64,000 bases of DNA, taken from assembly GCA_963813715.1 (NCBI GenBank), contig CAWFAK010000005.1, forward strand, positions 512,001-576,000, given 5' to 3'. Below, one piece after another: positions 45,085-55,766 of this stretch; positions within the stretch are counted from its first letter, which is position 1, and every line of letters starts with the position of its first letter. Under the pieces are notes generated by a model. The model was not told the origin of the DNA, made no database searches, and saw nothing but the letters and a program-made list of their open reading frames with translations. The translations under genes and the position numbers were made by a program. Origin of the DNA: an uncultured Planctomycetaceae bacterium (GTDB lineage Bacteria; Planctomycetota; Planctomycetia; Planctomycetales; Planctomycetaceae).

Positions 45085-45545
45085 TCCGGTCCGGACACTC
45101 TCATTTGCACACGAGGACCGGCGGTCGCGGACCGGTGGGCGAGCCTGATGGCTCGACCCCCAAGGCCACCCCATGCTGGGCTCGACTGTCGGCACAAAAC
45201 GTCGAGTCAGGTCCGGTCCGGTCTCATCTTCACAATTTGGATTTAGACCGGGGTTAAGAGGCACCGCGGATGCGGTTTAGGACAAAGTCTGAATCCGGTC
45301 CGGACACTTTCGTCTGCACAGGAAGACCGGCGGTGGCGGACCGGTGGGGGAGCCTGACGGCTCGAGCCCAAGCCACCCCGCGCTTGGCTCGGGCACCGTA
45401 ACACGAGACGTTGCGGTCAGGTCCGGTCTAATCTTCACAATTTGGATTTAGACCGGGGTTAAGAGTCGCAGCAGATGCGGTTTAGGACGAAGTCTGAATC
45501 CGGTCCGGACACTTTCGTTTACACACGAGGACCGGCGGTTGCGGA
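45085..45545. repeat. Tandem imperfect ~207-bp repeat (2 full units plus 1 partial); further partial copies at 46108-46181, 46865-46880 and 47595-47642
   Basis: Units start TCCGGTCCGGACACT at 45085, 45294 and 45499; shared TCTTCACAATTTGGATTTAGACCGGGGTTAAGAG. Confidence 0.92.
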
Positions 45546-45596
45546 AGAGGACGAGAGCTATCGAAGAGGACGAACAGCCGCCGCTAGAATGACGGC

Positions 45597-45800
45597 ATGA
45601 GCGACGACGACCTGGATGAGTTCGCCTATCTTTGGGATGGCTCGGACCCTGGTTGGGCATTGTGGGAAGTCTCCGACAGGCCGGGCACATATCTGCCCTT
45701 CAATAAGCTGACGCGAGTGGCCAAGATCATCGAGATTGATGAGCTCGCCGATCGCGTCTGCCGGAGAATGAAGGAGGCTGGGTGCGAAGTGGTCAGATGA
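45597..45800 (+). CDS. Small hypothetical protein (array ORF 1)
   Basis: 67 aa; TAGAAT-GACGGC-ATG start. Confidence 0.6.
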   Translation: MSDDDLDEFAYLWDGSDPGWALWEVSDRPGTYLPFNKLTRVAKIIEIDELADRVCRRMKEAGCEVVR

Positions 45801-45842
45801 AATTCGCGATTGAACTCCCGCGCCATTCGCTGAGATGACGAC

Positions 45843-46082
45843 ATGAGCGACGAACCGAAGAGACGATCGCGCGTGTGGATCGGCTGGGCGTTCGTATTGC
45901 TGCTTCTCGTGGTCTACCCGCTGTCAGAGGGGCCAGCGATCTGGCTTGTTACCCATTACGGATACTGGTGGATGGGGAACGCGCTCAACGCTCTCTACAC
46001 CCCAGTCCAGTGGTGTGCCGCGCAGTCCCAGGCCACCGAGCACGCCCACGATTCGTACATTCTCTTTTGGATCCCTGATTAG
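45843..46082 (+). CDS. Small membrane protein (array ORF 2)
   Basis: MSDEPK start, TM helix, YPLS.GP and Y.P..W motifs. Confidence 0.7.
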   Translation: MSDEPKRRSRVWIGWAFVLLLLVVYPLSEGPAIWLVTHYGYWWMGNALNALYTPVQWCAAQSQATEHAHDSYILFWIPD

Positions 46083-46182
46083 CCCTGAACTCCCGTGCCA
46101 ATCGCACCCACCCCCGTGCTGGGCTCGACCGTAAGCACGAAACGGCGAGTCAGGTCGGGTCTGTCTCATCCTCACAATTTGC

Positions 46183-46619
46183 ATGAGCAACGAACCGGAC
46201 ATCCCCCAACAGGCGGTCGACGACGCGGACGGATGCCTGCGCCGGGCGCGGGATTCGTGTTCGGCGTGCTCGCGGTGCTCGGAACTACGAACGCCTGGCA
46301 TCGCGCTATGCTCGCATCCCCTGGCGGTGACCGCGAAGGCGGAGGGGGGATGTTCCTCACCTTTATGGTGTTTCCAGCGCTCGTGCTCGTCCTCGGCCCG
46401 GCCGGCATCGTGATCGCACGGATTACGCGAAAACCAGGGAAGCACCGTTGGATTCTTTGGACTCTGCTCGTGGTATTCTTCGCGTATCCATTCAGCGCGA
46501 TCCCCGCCAGTCTTGCCGCGCAGTGGCTCCGTGATCACAGCCAAGGAGACTACAGCGCCGTGGTCGACCTGATTTACGCCCCGGTCGCATGGCCATTCCG
46601 GATGCTGGAGCACCGGTAA
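46183..46619 (+). CDS. Small membrane protein (array ORF 3, probably frameshifted)
   Basis: MSNEPD start in one frame; TM segments and YPFS..P / IYAPVAW in ORF 46095-46619. Confidence 0.5.
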
Positions 46620-46684
46620 CGCCGCTAACTCCCGTGCCAAACGGCCCAGCTAGCAACACAGTTTTCAGACAGCACCGTGCCATC

Positions 46685-46891
46685 ATGCGAGACAGGCTCG
46701 ACCAAATCAGACGGCTGATTCACAAGTGGGAGGTCTGGAATGGCTGGCCGCACGAGGACCTTCCCACTCTGGTACAGCTGAAGATGATTAGCCGCGACAA
46801 CCCGTATCTGGCGCTTACGCGCGACGCAACCTACGTGTTCGCCCCAGCTACATCGCGGCTTGTGTCATCACAATTTGGATCGTCGGCCTGA
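46685..46891 (+). CDS. Small hypothetical protein (array ORF 4)
   Basis: MRDRLDQIRRLIHKW...; lacks the 5' motif; 3' end overlaps a repeat fragment. Confidence 0.35.
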   Translation: MRDRLDQIRRLIHKWEVWNGWPHEDLPTLVQLKMISRDNPYLALTRDATYVFAPATSRLVSSQFGSSA

Positions 46892-46924
46892 TTACCTAGC
46901 TGGTGACGCGTGGGAAGTGACGGC

Positions 46925-47113
46925 ATGAGCATATTTTGGCTCGTCATCGCGACGAGGGTCATAATCCCACTTGCATCCGCTGGGCTGGTCACGATTCTCC
47001 TGAGGCGCTCAGTCAAGGGGGTCGGGATGCTCACGTGCCTGGTGGTCGCTCTGAGCACGGCGTTCACGGCCGCCCTTTTAACAAAGCTGGCGATAATCTG
47101 GCTGCGCTCCTGA
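46925..47113 (+). CDS. Small two-TM protein (array ORF 5)
   Basis: TGACGGC-ATGAGC start, two hydrophobic segments. Confidence 0.55.
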   Translation: MSIFWLVIATRVIIPLASAGLVTILLRRSVKGVGMLTCLVVALSTAFTAALLTKLAIIWLRS

Positions 47114-47122
47114 GGTGACGGC

Positions 47123-47290
47123 ATGAACGACGAACCGGACAGTGAGCAGGGCTGGATACGGAGAAATCAGGTCCGACTGACCGTACTGGCAATCGTCATC
47201 GCGTCTTGCGCTGGCTTGGTTCGTCTGGAACGTGGTGATTCCGTTTCGGTCGGGGCCGTATCCACTTCTCTAGTTGGTCGGACGGCATGA
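47123..47290 (+). CDS. Small membrane protein (array ORF 6; 55 aa, not in the supplied ORF track)
   Basis: TGACGGC-ATGAACGACGAACCG start; MNDEPDSEQGWIRRNQVRLTVLAIVIASCAGL... Confidence 0.5.
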   Translation: MNDEPDSEQGWIRRNQVRLTVLAIVIASCAGLVRLERGDSVSVGAVSTSLVGRTA

Positions 47291-47547
47291 GCGACGAACC
47301 GAAAAACCGGTCGCACACGGTCCGCTTGGCGGTTTCGATGGTGGTCGGCGTGCTCGTCGGCAGCATCTTCGTGCAGATGGCACTCCCCTGGACGGCGGTA
47401 ATCTGCACATTGGGAGGCGCGATTGGCGGCTTGGCTCTTGAACTGTTCCGCAGATCTCTTGCGACGGCGGACCAAAACGACGCACTTCGTTCACCGCGCC
47501 AATCGCTCAGGGCCGTGACTCAAAGACGAAAAAGACATAGACGCTGA
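47287..47547 (+). CDS. Small two-TM protein (array ORF 7)
   Basis: GACGGC-ATGAGCGACGAACCG start; MSDEPK followed by two TM helices. Confidence 0.6.
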   Translation: MSDEPKNRSHTVRLAVSMVVGVLVGSIFVQMALPWTAVICTLGGAIGGLALELFRRSLATADQNDALRSPRQSLRAVTQRRKRHRR

Positions 47548-47656
47548 AATCCAGTGCCAACCGCCAACTTTCGTTCAGGATGCGACCCCACTACCCGGTC
47601 CGGACACTTTCGTTTGCACAGGAAGACCGGCGGTTGTGGACCTGGGCCCGCTCGGC

Positions 47657-48283
47657 TCAGCCCGACGACGGCGGCTCGCCGAGGATGGCGCGGAGTCGAC
47701 GCAGTGCGCGGAGGTAGCGCATGCCGGCGGCCGCGGGGGTGAGGTTGAGGGCTTGGGCCGTTTCGGCGCTGGTCAGTTGTTCGTGGTGTCGCATCAGGAT
47801 GATCTCGGCGTCGTCTTCGTCGAGCTGCTCGAGGGCCGAGAAGAATCTCGCTTCGAGTTCCTTGCGGATCGTGGCGGCTGCCGGCGTCAACTCGGCGTCG
47901 CGCAGCTGAGCAGCCAGGTCAAGCGACGAGCGATCGGGGAACTCGGCGGCCAGCGACCGTTCGCGATCGACGCTCCGCCGTTGGGCCTTGCGATGTCGGC
48001 GGTGCGCATCGATCAGGTGATCTTTGGCCAGCTCACGCAGCCACAGATGAAACGGCATCTTGGCGTCGCGAATGTAATCGGGCAGCCGGCGGCTGGCTTC
48101 CCACAGCACGTCCTGCACGATGTCGCTGGCGTCGACCCGGCCGGCGACCGCCCGGTCGAGCCGCACCTGGACCATCCGCCGCAACGATTCACGGTGCCGC
48201 TCAAGCAGGCGATTGACCGCCTCGCCGTCGCCTCCGCCGGCGTTCTTGAGCAGCTCCTGCGTTTGATCCGGTTCGGGCCACAT
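47657..48283 (-). CDS. ECF sigma-70 factor, planctomycete type
   Basis: RVDASDIVQD, PFHLWLR, HRRH..AQRRSV.RE, region 4 E.A..L......A.MRY.RAL.RLR. Confidence 0.9.
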   Translation of the reverse strand: MWPEPDQTQELLKNAGGGDGEAVNRLLERHRESLRRMVQVRLDRAVAGRVDASDIVQDVLWEASRRLPDYIRDAKMPFHLWLRELAKDHLIDAHRRHRKAQRRSVDRERSLAAEFPDRSSLDLAAQLRDAELTPAAATIRKELEARFFSALEQLDEDDAEIILMRHHEQLTSAETAQALNLTPAAAGMRYLRALRRLRAILGEPPSSG

Positions 48284-48305
48284 CGAACGGGTCCGGGAGC
48301 CTGCG

Positions 48306-48907
48306 TCAGTCGGAGGAGGGCGTGCGATAACGATTGGCCAGCCAGTGTCGCAGGCCGCCGCGTGGCGGTTCGGACTTTGCGTCGTCACGCTTCGCCACCC
48401 GCTCGTTGCAGAGGACAAAAGCCGCCAGCACCAACAGCGAACTGGCCGCCATCAGGGGCAGTCGCACCGAGCGATCGTCCGAAAGTGTCGTCAAGAGGGC
48501 GCCGTCCAGCAGGGCGGCGGGCGACGGCCGGGCGCCTGCGGCAGTGCTGGCGGGTTCCGAATCCCAGACCGACAGACTCAATTGCGGCCCGACGGCAATC
48601 CGCTCCTCTTTGCCCGGCGAGTCGAAGTCGACACGAGCGAGCTCGGCCGCGAACTGCGGATCATGCTCGAGCGCATCGGCAACTTTCGCCAGGCTCTCGG
48701 TCCGCCGCTCAGTCGCAACAAGTTGGTGCTCCAGCCGATCGTAATCGCGCGACAGCTCGCGATACATGCGCAACTTGGGTGCCAGCGCCAACACGGCAAA
48801 GAGCCCGGCCGCGGCGAAGAGGCTCCCCCAAAACGCCAACGCGGCGAGCGGGCGAAAGGCGCTTCGCCCGGGGCGTCGTCATTCGTGCTGGCGGGTTCGT
48901 GTGTCAT
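48306..48907 (-). CDS. FtsB/DivIC-like membrane coiled-coil protein with an extra C-terminal TM (frameshift ~48850)
   Basis: TM, coiled coil, then L.HDP.F.AELAR.......EE.I; directly downstream of eno. Confidence 0.55.
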
Positions 48908-48953
48908 GGAACAGGAAAAGTACGAAAGACACCGCTTACTGCGTGCGCGGCTC

Positions 48954-50282
<1,329 letters not shown>

Positions 50283-50489
50283 TCAGGCATTCTCGGCGGC
50301 GGATCTGACTCGGCAGAGTCTTCCTAGTCGGAATTCCCAGACTCGAATTCGCCGCCCCAACGGCCCCGGTTTTACCAGATCACGCGCTTGCCCTTCTACC
50401 GGCCGGCCGCGCAAGGGCCTCTCGGCGGCTCGCCGCATCGAGTCATCGTCTTTCGGCCGGGACGCCGATCAAGCAATGGCGGGCCGCTG

Positions 50490-51831
50490 TCACGACCGAT
50501 TCGGCAGCGCCTGCACCGGTACCGAGATCGTAGCGGGGCCGGTGGGCGCGGAACTCGATGAACCGCTCAAGATCGCGAGGGTTCGGCGGGCCATCGTGGC
50601 GTCATCGTAATGTGCATGCACGGCGGCCCGGCCTCCCCGTCCCAGTTGGGCGCGGCCGTCCGGATCCTTCAGCAATTCCTCGAGCGCCCGCGCGAGATCT
50701 TCCGGATTTCCAGGTTCGACGAGGAGGCCGCCGCCCGTCGCTTCCAGCATTTCCGGAAACGCTCCATGCCGCGGCTGGACGACAGGAACACCGTTCGCCA
50801 GCGCCTCGAGGATGTAGATTCCTTTGGGCTCGCGGTAGACGGTCGGCACCGAGAGCACATCGAGCGACTTGAGGAAGCGGACTTTTTCCTCGTGCGTCGG
50901 CGGGCTTCCCGCGTGTTCGAACGCCGGGCCTAAATCGCGGGCCTGCGCTCGAATCTTCTCGAAATACTCGCGATCGCGCGTCCCCAAATAGCCGGCCGCT
51001 CGCAGCCGCGTGTTCGGGTGCCGCTTGTGCAAAAGCCGGAACGCTTCGACCAGTTGATGCAGACCTTTCTCCGGACAGATTCTCGCGAAGTAGCCGACGG
51101 TGAAAGCCTCGCCGTTGCGTTCGCTGGGAACGCCGTCGTGCCCGGCCAGATCGATGCCCAACGGCACGATGTGGAATTTCTCGGCGGGCAGGCCAAGGTA
51201 ATTGGCCATGAAGTCCCGGTAGTAGGCGGAATGCACAATAAAGCCATCGAAGCTGCGGGCCCGCTCGCCGATGCCGGCCAGAGCCTGGCTGCGGTAGGGT
51301 TCGTGCAGGTCCTCCAGAAAAATGTCGTCCCCTTGCAAGACGCAGAAAATGGGACCGGAGTACTGCCGGCGAATTGCGCCGACGGCGCCCGACCAAGAGC
51401 GCATTGCTGAAGAAAATCGCGTCCGGCCGGAGCGTGTCGACCAGGAAAGTCGCCAGCTCGTTCACTTCCCGGGACTGCGGTCCCTGCTCTCCGGCGAGCA
51501 TCGCCAGCGTGAGTTCGCCGAGCATTTTGGCGTTGTTGCTGATGCCGAAACGCGTCACCAGATCCAGTATGGCCGGGCGATCGAGCCAGCGCGTGAGCGC
51601 TCGCGGCACTTTACGCCACAGGGCAGAGCGTGCATCGAGATAGACGTTGATGCCGCCGAGAAAGACTTGCCGCGTGCTCTCGTCGACTTCATCGAGGCGG
51701 AGCGGCGTGTAGGTGGGGACGAGCGTGACGCGCGCGCCCTGTTTCTTGAGCGAGCGGGCCCACGTGTTGTCGTGCATGCACGATCCGCAAAACATCCCCG
51801 CCCCGCCGGCGGTCACGATCGCGATGTGCAT
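50490..51831 (-). CDS. Glycosyltransferase family 4 (frameshift ~51390)
   Basis: AGGAGMFCGSCMHDN N-terminus, RICPEKG, EPKG..ILEALANGVPVV. Confidence 0.88.
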
Positions 51832-52151
51832 GGCGTGAGTTTTCTCGGCGCCTCAATGGCAAAATGAGGAGATTTTCTGCGCACTCAATGGTAGGGGGGC
51901 CGTGAGGCCGTTGGAAGGGCATAAACCGGCCGCCGCACGGCGGAGCAGCGGCCCATGGACGTCCCGAGCAAAATGGACTCCCGATTCGGTTCGGGCCACA
52001 TCCAGACCCCTAAGCGCCGGCAGGGGTGAGATCGCATCTCCCCAAATGACGTTGGCACGAATAGTCGGTTCGCCCTGATTTTTTACTTGGCGCACGGCTA
52101 CGATCGGTGCACGCTGTTCATGCCCTGGCTAACTCCAGAATCGAGAACCCG

Positions 52152-54245
52152 ATGAGAAGAGCAGCTGCCAACGCAGCCTCGAAGCCGCCGCGATCGCCGG
52201 GTGGGCGGGCAATCACTCCGGAAGACTTGCTCGCACTGCAGGTCGTGGCGGATCCGCAAATTTCGCCTGACGGCTCGACGATTCTCTTCGCCAAGAGGCA
52301 CGTGGGCGAAAAGAACGAATACGAAACGAACTTATGGGTCGTCCCCGCCGAAGGCCCACGTGGAAAGCCATCACCGGAAGCTCGGCAATTCACATCGGGC
52401 AAACGCGATTCGCACGGTCGCTGGTCGCCCGATGGACGGCAGGTCGCCTTCCTCTCAGCGCGCGACAAACCCAAGTCGCAGATCTATCTGATCGCGGCGG
52501 GAGGCGGTGAAGCGACGCCCCTTACCCGTTTTCCGGAGGGAACGATCAAGACCTTCAAATGGTCGCCTGACGGACGACTGCTGGCGGTCGCCTTTCGCGA
52601 AACGGACGCCGACCGCACCAAAGAGGCCGAAAAGGCCCGCGAAACAAGCGGAGCCAGCAAGCCTCCCTACGTGATCGACGACTTTTTTTATCGCTACGAC
52701 GGCGACGGGTATTTCGGCGGTCTGCGATTTCACTTGTACATCGTCGACGTGACGACGGGCGAGCATCGCCTGTTGCGTCGCGAACGGGCTGGGTCGTTCG
52801 ACTTTGATTGGGCCCCGAACTCGGCCGAGCTGGTGCTGGCGGTGAATCTCAGCCGCGAGCCCCTGTTGGCCTGGTGGAAAGACGAACTCGTGCGGGTCGA
52901 TGCCCAGACCAGCAAGTCGGAGCGGATTGCCGACGTACCGCCCGGACCGAAGCAGGCCGTCCGCTGGTCTCCCGACGGCCGCACAATCGCGTTCGCGGGC
53001 CGCGAAGGAAAAGAATCGTGGGGCGTGCACAATACGCGGCTCTTCGTCCACGACGTGACAAGCATGCGCACGCGCGACCTCACCGGGGACGAAGATTTTT
53101 GCCTCTCCGCCGGGACCTTGAGCGACAGTGCCGAGCCGTCGTTTGGCGCCCAGCTGGAATGGAGCCCCGACAGTCGTCGCATCTACACCAACATCGGCTG
53201 GCACGGCGAATCGCACGTCGCATCGATCGCGGCGGCGGGCGGCCCGATGACTTTCCACACCAAGGGGCGGTCGATCACTTGCCTGGGGAACCTGAGCGCC
53301 GACGGGAAGCGGGCCGCGCTCACGGTGAGCAACGCCCTCTTGCCATCAGAAGTTGCCGTCGGTTCGCTGAGCGGCAGTGGAAGCGCGCTTGAGACCAAGG
53401 TTCTCACCCGATTCAACGGCCCGCTGGTCGACAAACTCGAGTTAACTGAACCCGAGCCGCACTGGATCGAATCGGCCGACGGAACGAAGGTGCACGTCTG
53501 GGTTATCAAACCGCTCGGATTCAAACCCGGACGAAAATACCCGACCGTGCTCGAGATCCATGGCGGACCGCACGGCCAATACGGCGAGACGTTTTTCCAC
53601 GAGTTCCAGGTGCTGGCCGCGGCCGGCTACGTGGTCGTCTACAGCAATCCACGGGGCAGCAAAGGCTACGGCGACGCCCACTGCTCGGCCATCAAGGGAA
53701 ACTGGGGGCAGGCCGACTGGCGTGACATGCAAGCCGTCATCCGTTTCATGCGGGGCCTGCCGTTTGTCGACACGTCTCGCATGGGAGTCATGGGAGGCAG
53801 CTACGGCGGCTACATGACCAACTGGGCGATCTCTCACACAAACGAGTTCGCAGCCGCCATCACCGACCGCTGCGTCTCGAACCTCGTGAGCATGGTCGGT
53901 TCGAGCGACTTGCCGCTGGTGCCCGGCGAGTATTGGGAGGGCAACAGCTGGGATCAGACCAACGCACTCTGGGAACAAAGCCCGCTCAAACACTTCGGCA
54001 ACGTCAACACACCGACGCTCATCATCCACAGCGAGGGTGATTTGCGGTGCAACGTCGAGCAGGCCGAGCAGGTCTTCGTCGCGCTGAAGCTCCGCAAGGT
54101 GCCGACCCGTTTTGTCCGCTATCCGTCGAACACCAGCCACGGCCTGAGCCGCTCGGGGCCTCCCGATCTGCGCTTGCACAGACTCCATCAGATTCTGGAT
54201 TGGTGGCAGCAATACCTCGGAGGCTCAAACAAACCGCGGGAGTAA
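52152..54245 (+). CDS. S9 family peptidase (acylaminoacyl peptidase / DPP type)
   Basis: WSPDG propeller repeats, IHGGPH, GGSYGG, IIHSEGDLRC, SHGLSR. Confidence 0.93.
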   Translation: MRRAAANAASKPPRSPGGRAITPEDLLALQVVADPQISPDGSTILFAKRHVGEKNEYETNLWVVPAEGPRGKPSPEARQFTSGKRDSHGRWSPDGRQVAFLSARDKPKSQIYLIAAGGGEATPLTRFPEGTIKTFKWSPDGRLLAVAFRETDADRTKEAEKARETSGASKPPYVIDDFFYRYDGDGYFGGLRFHLYIVDVTTGEHRLLRRERAGSFDFDWAPNSAELVLAVNLSREPLLAWWKDELVRVDAQTSKSERIADVPPGPKQAVRWSPDGRTIAFAGREGKESWGVHNTRLFVHDVTSMRTRDLTGDEDFCLSAGTLSDSAEPSFGAQLEWSPDSRRIYTNIGWHGESHVASIAAAGGPMTFHTKGRSITCLGNLSADGKRAALTVSNALLPSEVAVGSLSGSGSALETKVLTRFNGPLVDKLELTEPEPHWIESADGTKVHVWVIKPLGFKPGRKYPTVLEIHGGPHGQYGETFFHEFQVLAAAGYVVVYSNPRGSKGYGDAHCSAIKGNWGQADWRDMQAVIRFMRGLPFVDTSRMGVMGGSYGGYMTNWAISHTNEFAAAITDRCVSNLVSMVGSSDLPLVPGEYWEGNSWDQTNALWEQSPLKHFGNVNTPTLIIHSEGDLRCNVEQAEQVFVALKLRKVPTRFVRYPSNTSHGLSRSGPPDLRLHRLHQILDWWQQYLGGSNKPRE

Positions 54246-54276
54246 CGGTTTCAACGACGGCCGGAGGGCAAGGAGT

Positions 54277-55017
54277 TCAGTGGGCTTGCGATTCCACTTC
54301 GAGAGGCCCGGACTCGCGAGCACTTTCTGCCTCTGACCACGACGAAGCTTCGCTCAGGCCCTCGACGGCGGCGGCGATTTGTGAAACCAACTCATCGGCT
54401 CGAGATGCAGGCGCTCCGCTGAACTTGGCCAGGTGAATCATCGTGACCAGCTCTCGGACCCAGGCCAGCGTGCCGAGCAGGTCGTCCAGGAGCCGTTCCC
54501 GCAGTTCGTGCAAGCGGCGAATGTTGGCAGCCCGCGCGTGATCGCTCCGCAGCCGTCGATCGGTGGGCGGGGACGACGTGGCCGCGGTCTCGGGCGTCAA
54601 CGGATAATCGTTCGCTCCACTGGAATCAGCCAGCAAGGCGTCGAGCTGGCGAATCCGCTCGGCCTGAGACCGCCAGGCCGAACGTAGCTCCTGAAGTCGG
54701 CGGCCTTCGTCCGCTAGGGCTTCTTCGGCCCAGCCGTCAAGACTCCCCAAGGCCGCATCGAGCTCCGATTCGACCTGTTCGATGGCCCGAGCGAGCGAAT
54801 CGATCGCCGCGATGGGCCGCGACTCTGCCCGACTGGTCGCGAGGGAGTCGGAGGGCCGCTCGAGCAGCAACGGCAAATAGAGCGGCCAGAAGAACGTGCA
54901 ACTCGCTACTCGAAAGGCCTGCTCCCGGCCAGTCCGCCGTTCGTCGTGCAGGTAGAGCGCGACGGCGACGCACGAGCCGATGAGCAGATAGAAAACAATC
55001 GACGTTGCGAAGCTCAT
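54277..55017 (-). CDS. Membrane-anchored coiled-coil protein of the PspA operon
   Basis: N-terminal TM and FWPLYLPLLL, then long heptad-rich helices. Confidence 0.7.
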   Translation of the reverse strand: MSFATSIVFYLLIGSCVAVALYLHDERRTGREQAFRVASCTFFWPLYLPLLLERPSDSLATSRAESRPIAAIDSLARAIEQVESELDAALGSLDGWAEEALADEGRRLQELRSAWRSQAERIRQLDALLADSSGANDYPLTPETAATSSPPTDRRLRSDHARAANIRRLHELRERLLDDLLGTLAWVRELVTMIHLAKFSGAPASRADELVSQIAAAVEGLSEASSWSEAESARESGPLEVESQAH

Positions 55018-55063
55018 AAGTCGCCTCGATCGAATCGCCGGTTTCTGCGCCGAGCCAAGAATC

Positions 55064-55723
55064 TCACTCGTGGGGAGTCTCGCGTTCGGCCCGAAGCGCC
55101 TGCAACTCGCGTTCGACGTCATCCTCGAGCGGAATGTCGGACGACGGATCGACGCGCAGCTCGGCCAGAGCGGCCGCGTGGGCTTCCGCCTCGTCAACGC
55201 GCCGCGACAATTCGTCGAAGGCGTCGAATGCCGCCCGATCGAATGTGACAGTGCCCAAGGACTTCGCGAACTCTCGCTGGGCCTCGGCCGAGCTTTGGCG
55301 GGCGATCAACACGCCCATCTCCCCTTTGGCCGCCGCGAGCCGCGTCCGCAGCTGTTCGAGCTGCAGTCGCAGACGGCTGTTCGACTGCTGGCAGCGGGCC
55401 AGTTGCGGAGCGAGGGCCGAGGCCATTCGTTCCAACTCGAAGCGGCGGGCCAGCGCGCTTTGCGCTGCCGTTTCCTCGCCCCGCTTGACCGCGGCTTGTG
55501 CCTGGGCCTGCCAGCTGTCCGCCTTGGACCGGATGTCGGCGAGCCGACGTTCGAGCTGTTTTTCGCCGGCGATCGCCCGCGCGGTCGATTCCAGCGCTTT
55601 TTCCAGCGTTGCTTCCATCTCGCGAATAGTCTGCTTGAGCACCCGTTCGGGATTCTCGAAGCATTCCACGACTTCGTGCAGCTGCGCGGTAATAACAGTG
55701 TTGACGCGTTTGAGCAGTTTCAT
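55064..55723 (-). CDS. pspA: PspA/IM30 family protein
   Basis: MKLLKR....I.A.L......ENPE..L.Q.IREME, W...A..AV..G.E..A..AL, AF.......V...EA.A.A, V..EL..L. Confidence 0.88.
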   Translation of the reverse strand: MKLLKRVNTVITAQLHEVVECFENPERVLKQTIREMEATLEKALESTARAIAGEKQLERRLADIRSKADSWQAQAQAAVKRGEETAAQSALARRFELERMASALAPQLARCQQSNSRLRLQLEQLRTRLAAAKGEMGVLIARQSSAEAQREFAKSLGTVTFDRAAFDAFDELSRRVDEAEAHAAALAELRVDPSSDIPLEDDVERELQALRAERETPHE

Positions 55724-55766
55724 CGAGCCTCTCCTGTTTGTTGGCCGGTCGGTAGATTGGTGCGAG

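Noticed and set aside
45085..45545. Tandem repeat as a CRISPR array
   Set aside because: Units are ~207 bp and similar along their length, with no short repeat / unique spacer pattern and no cas genes in the window.
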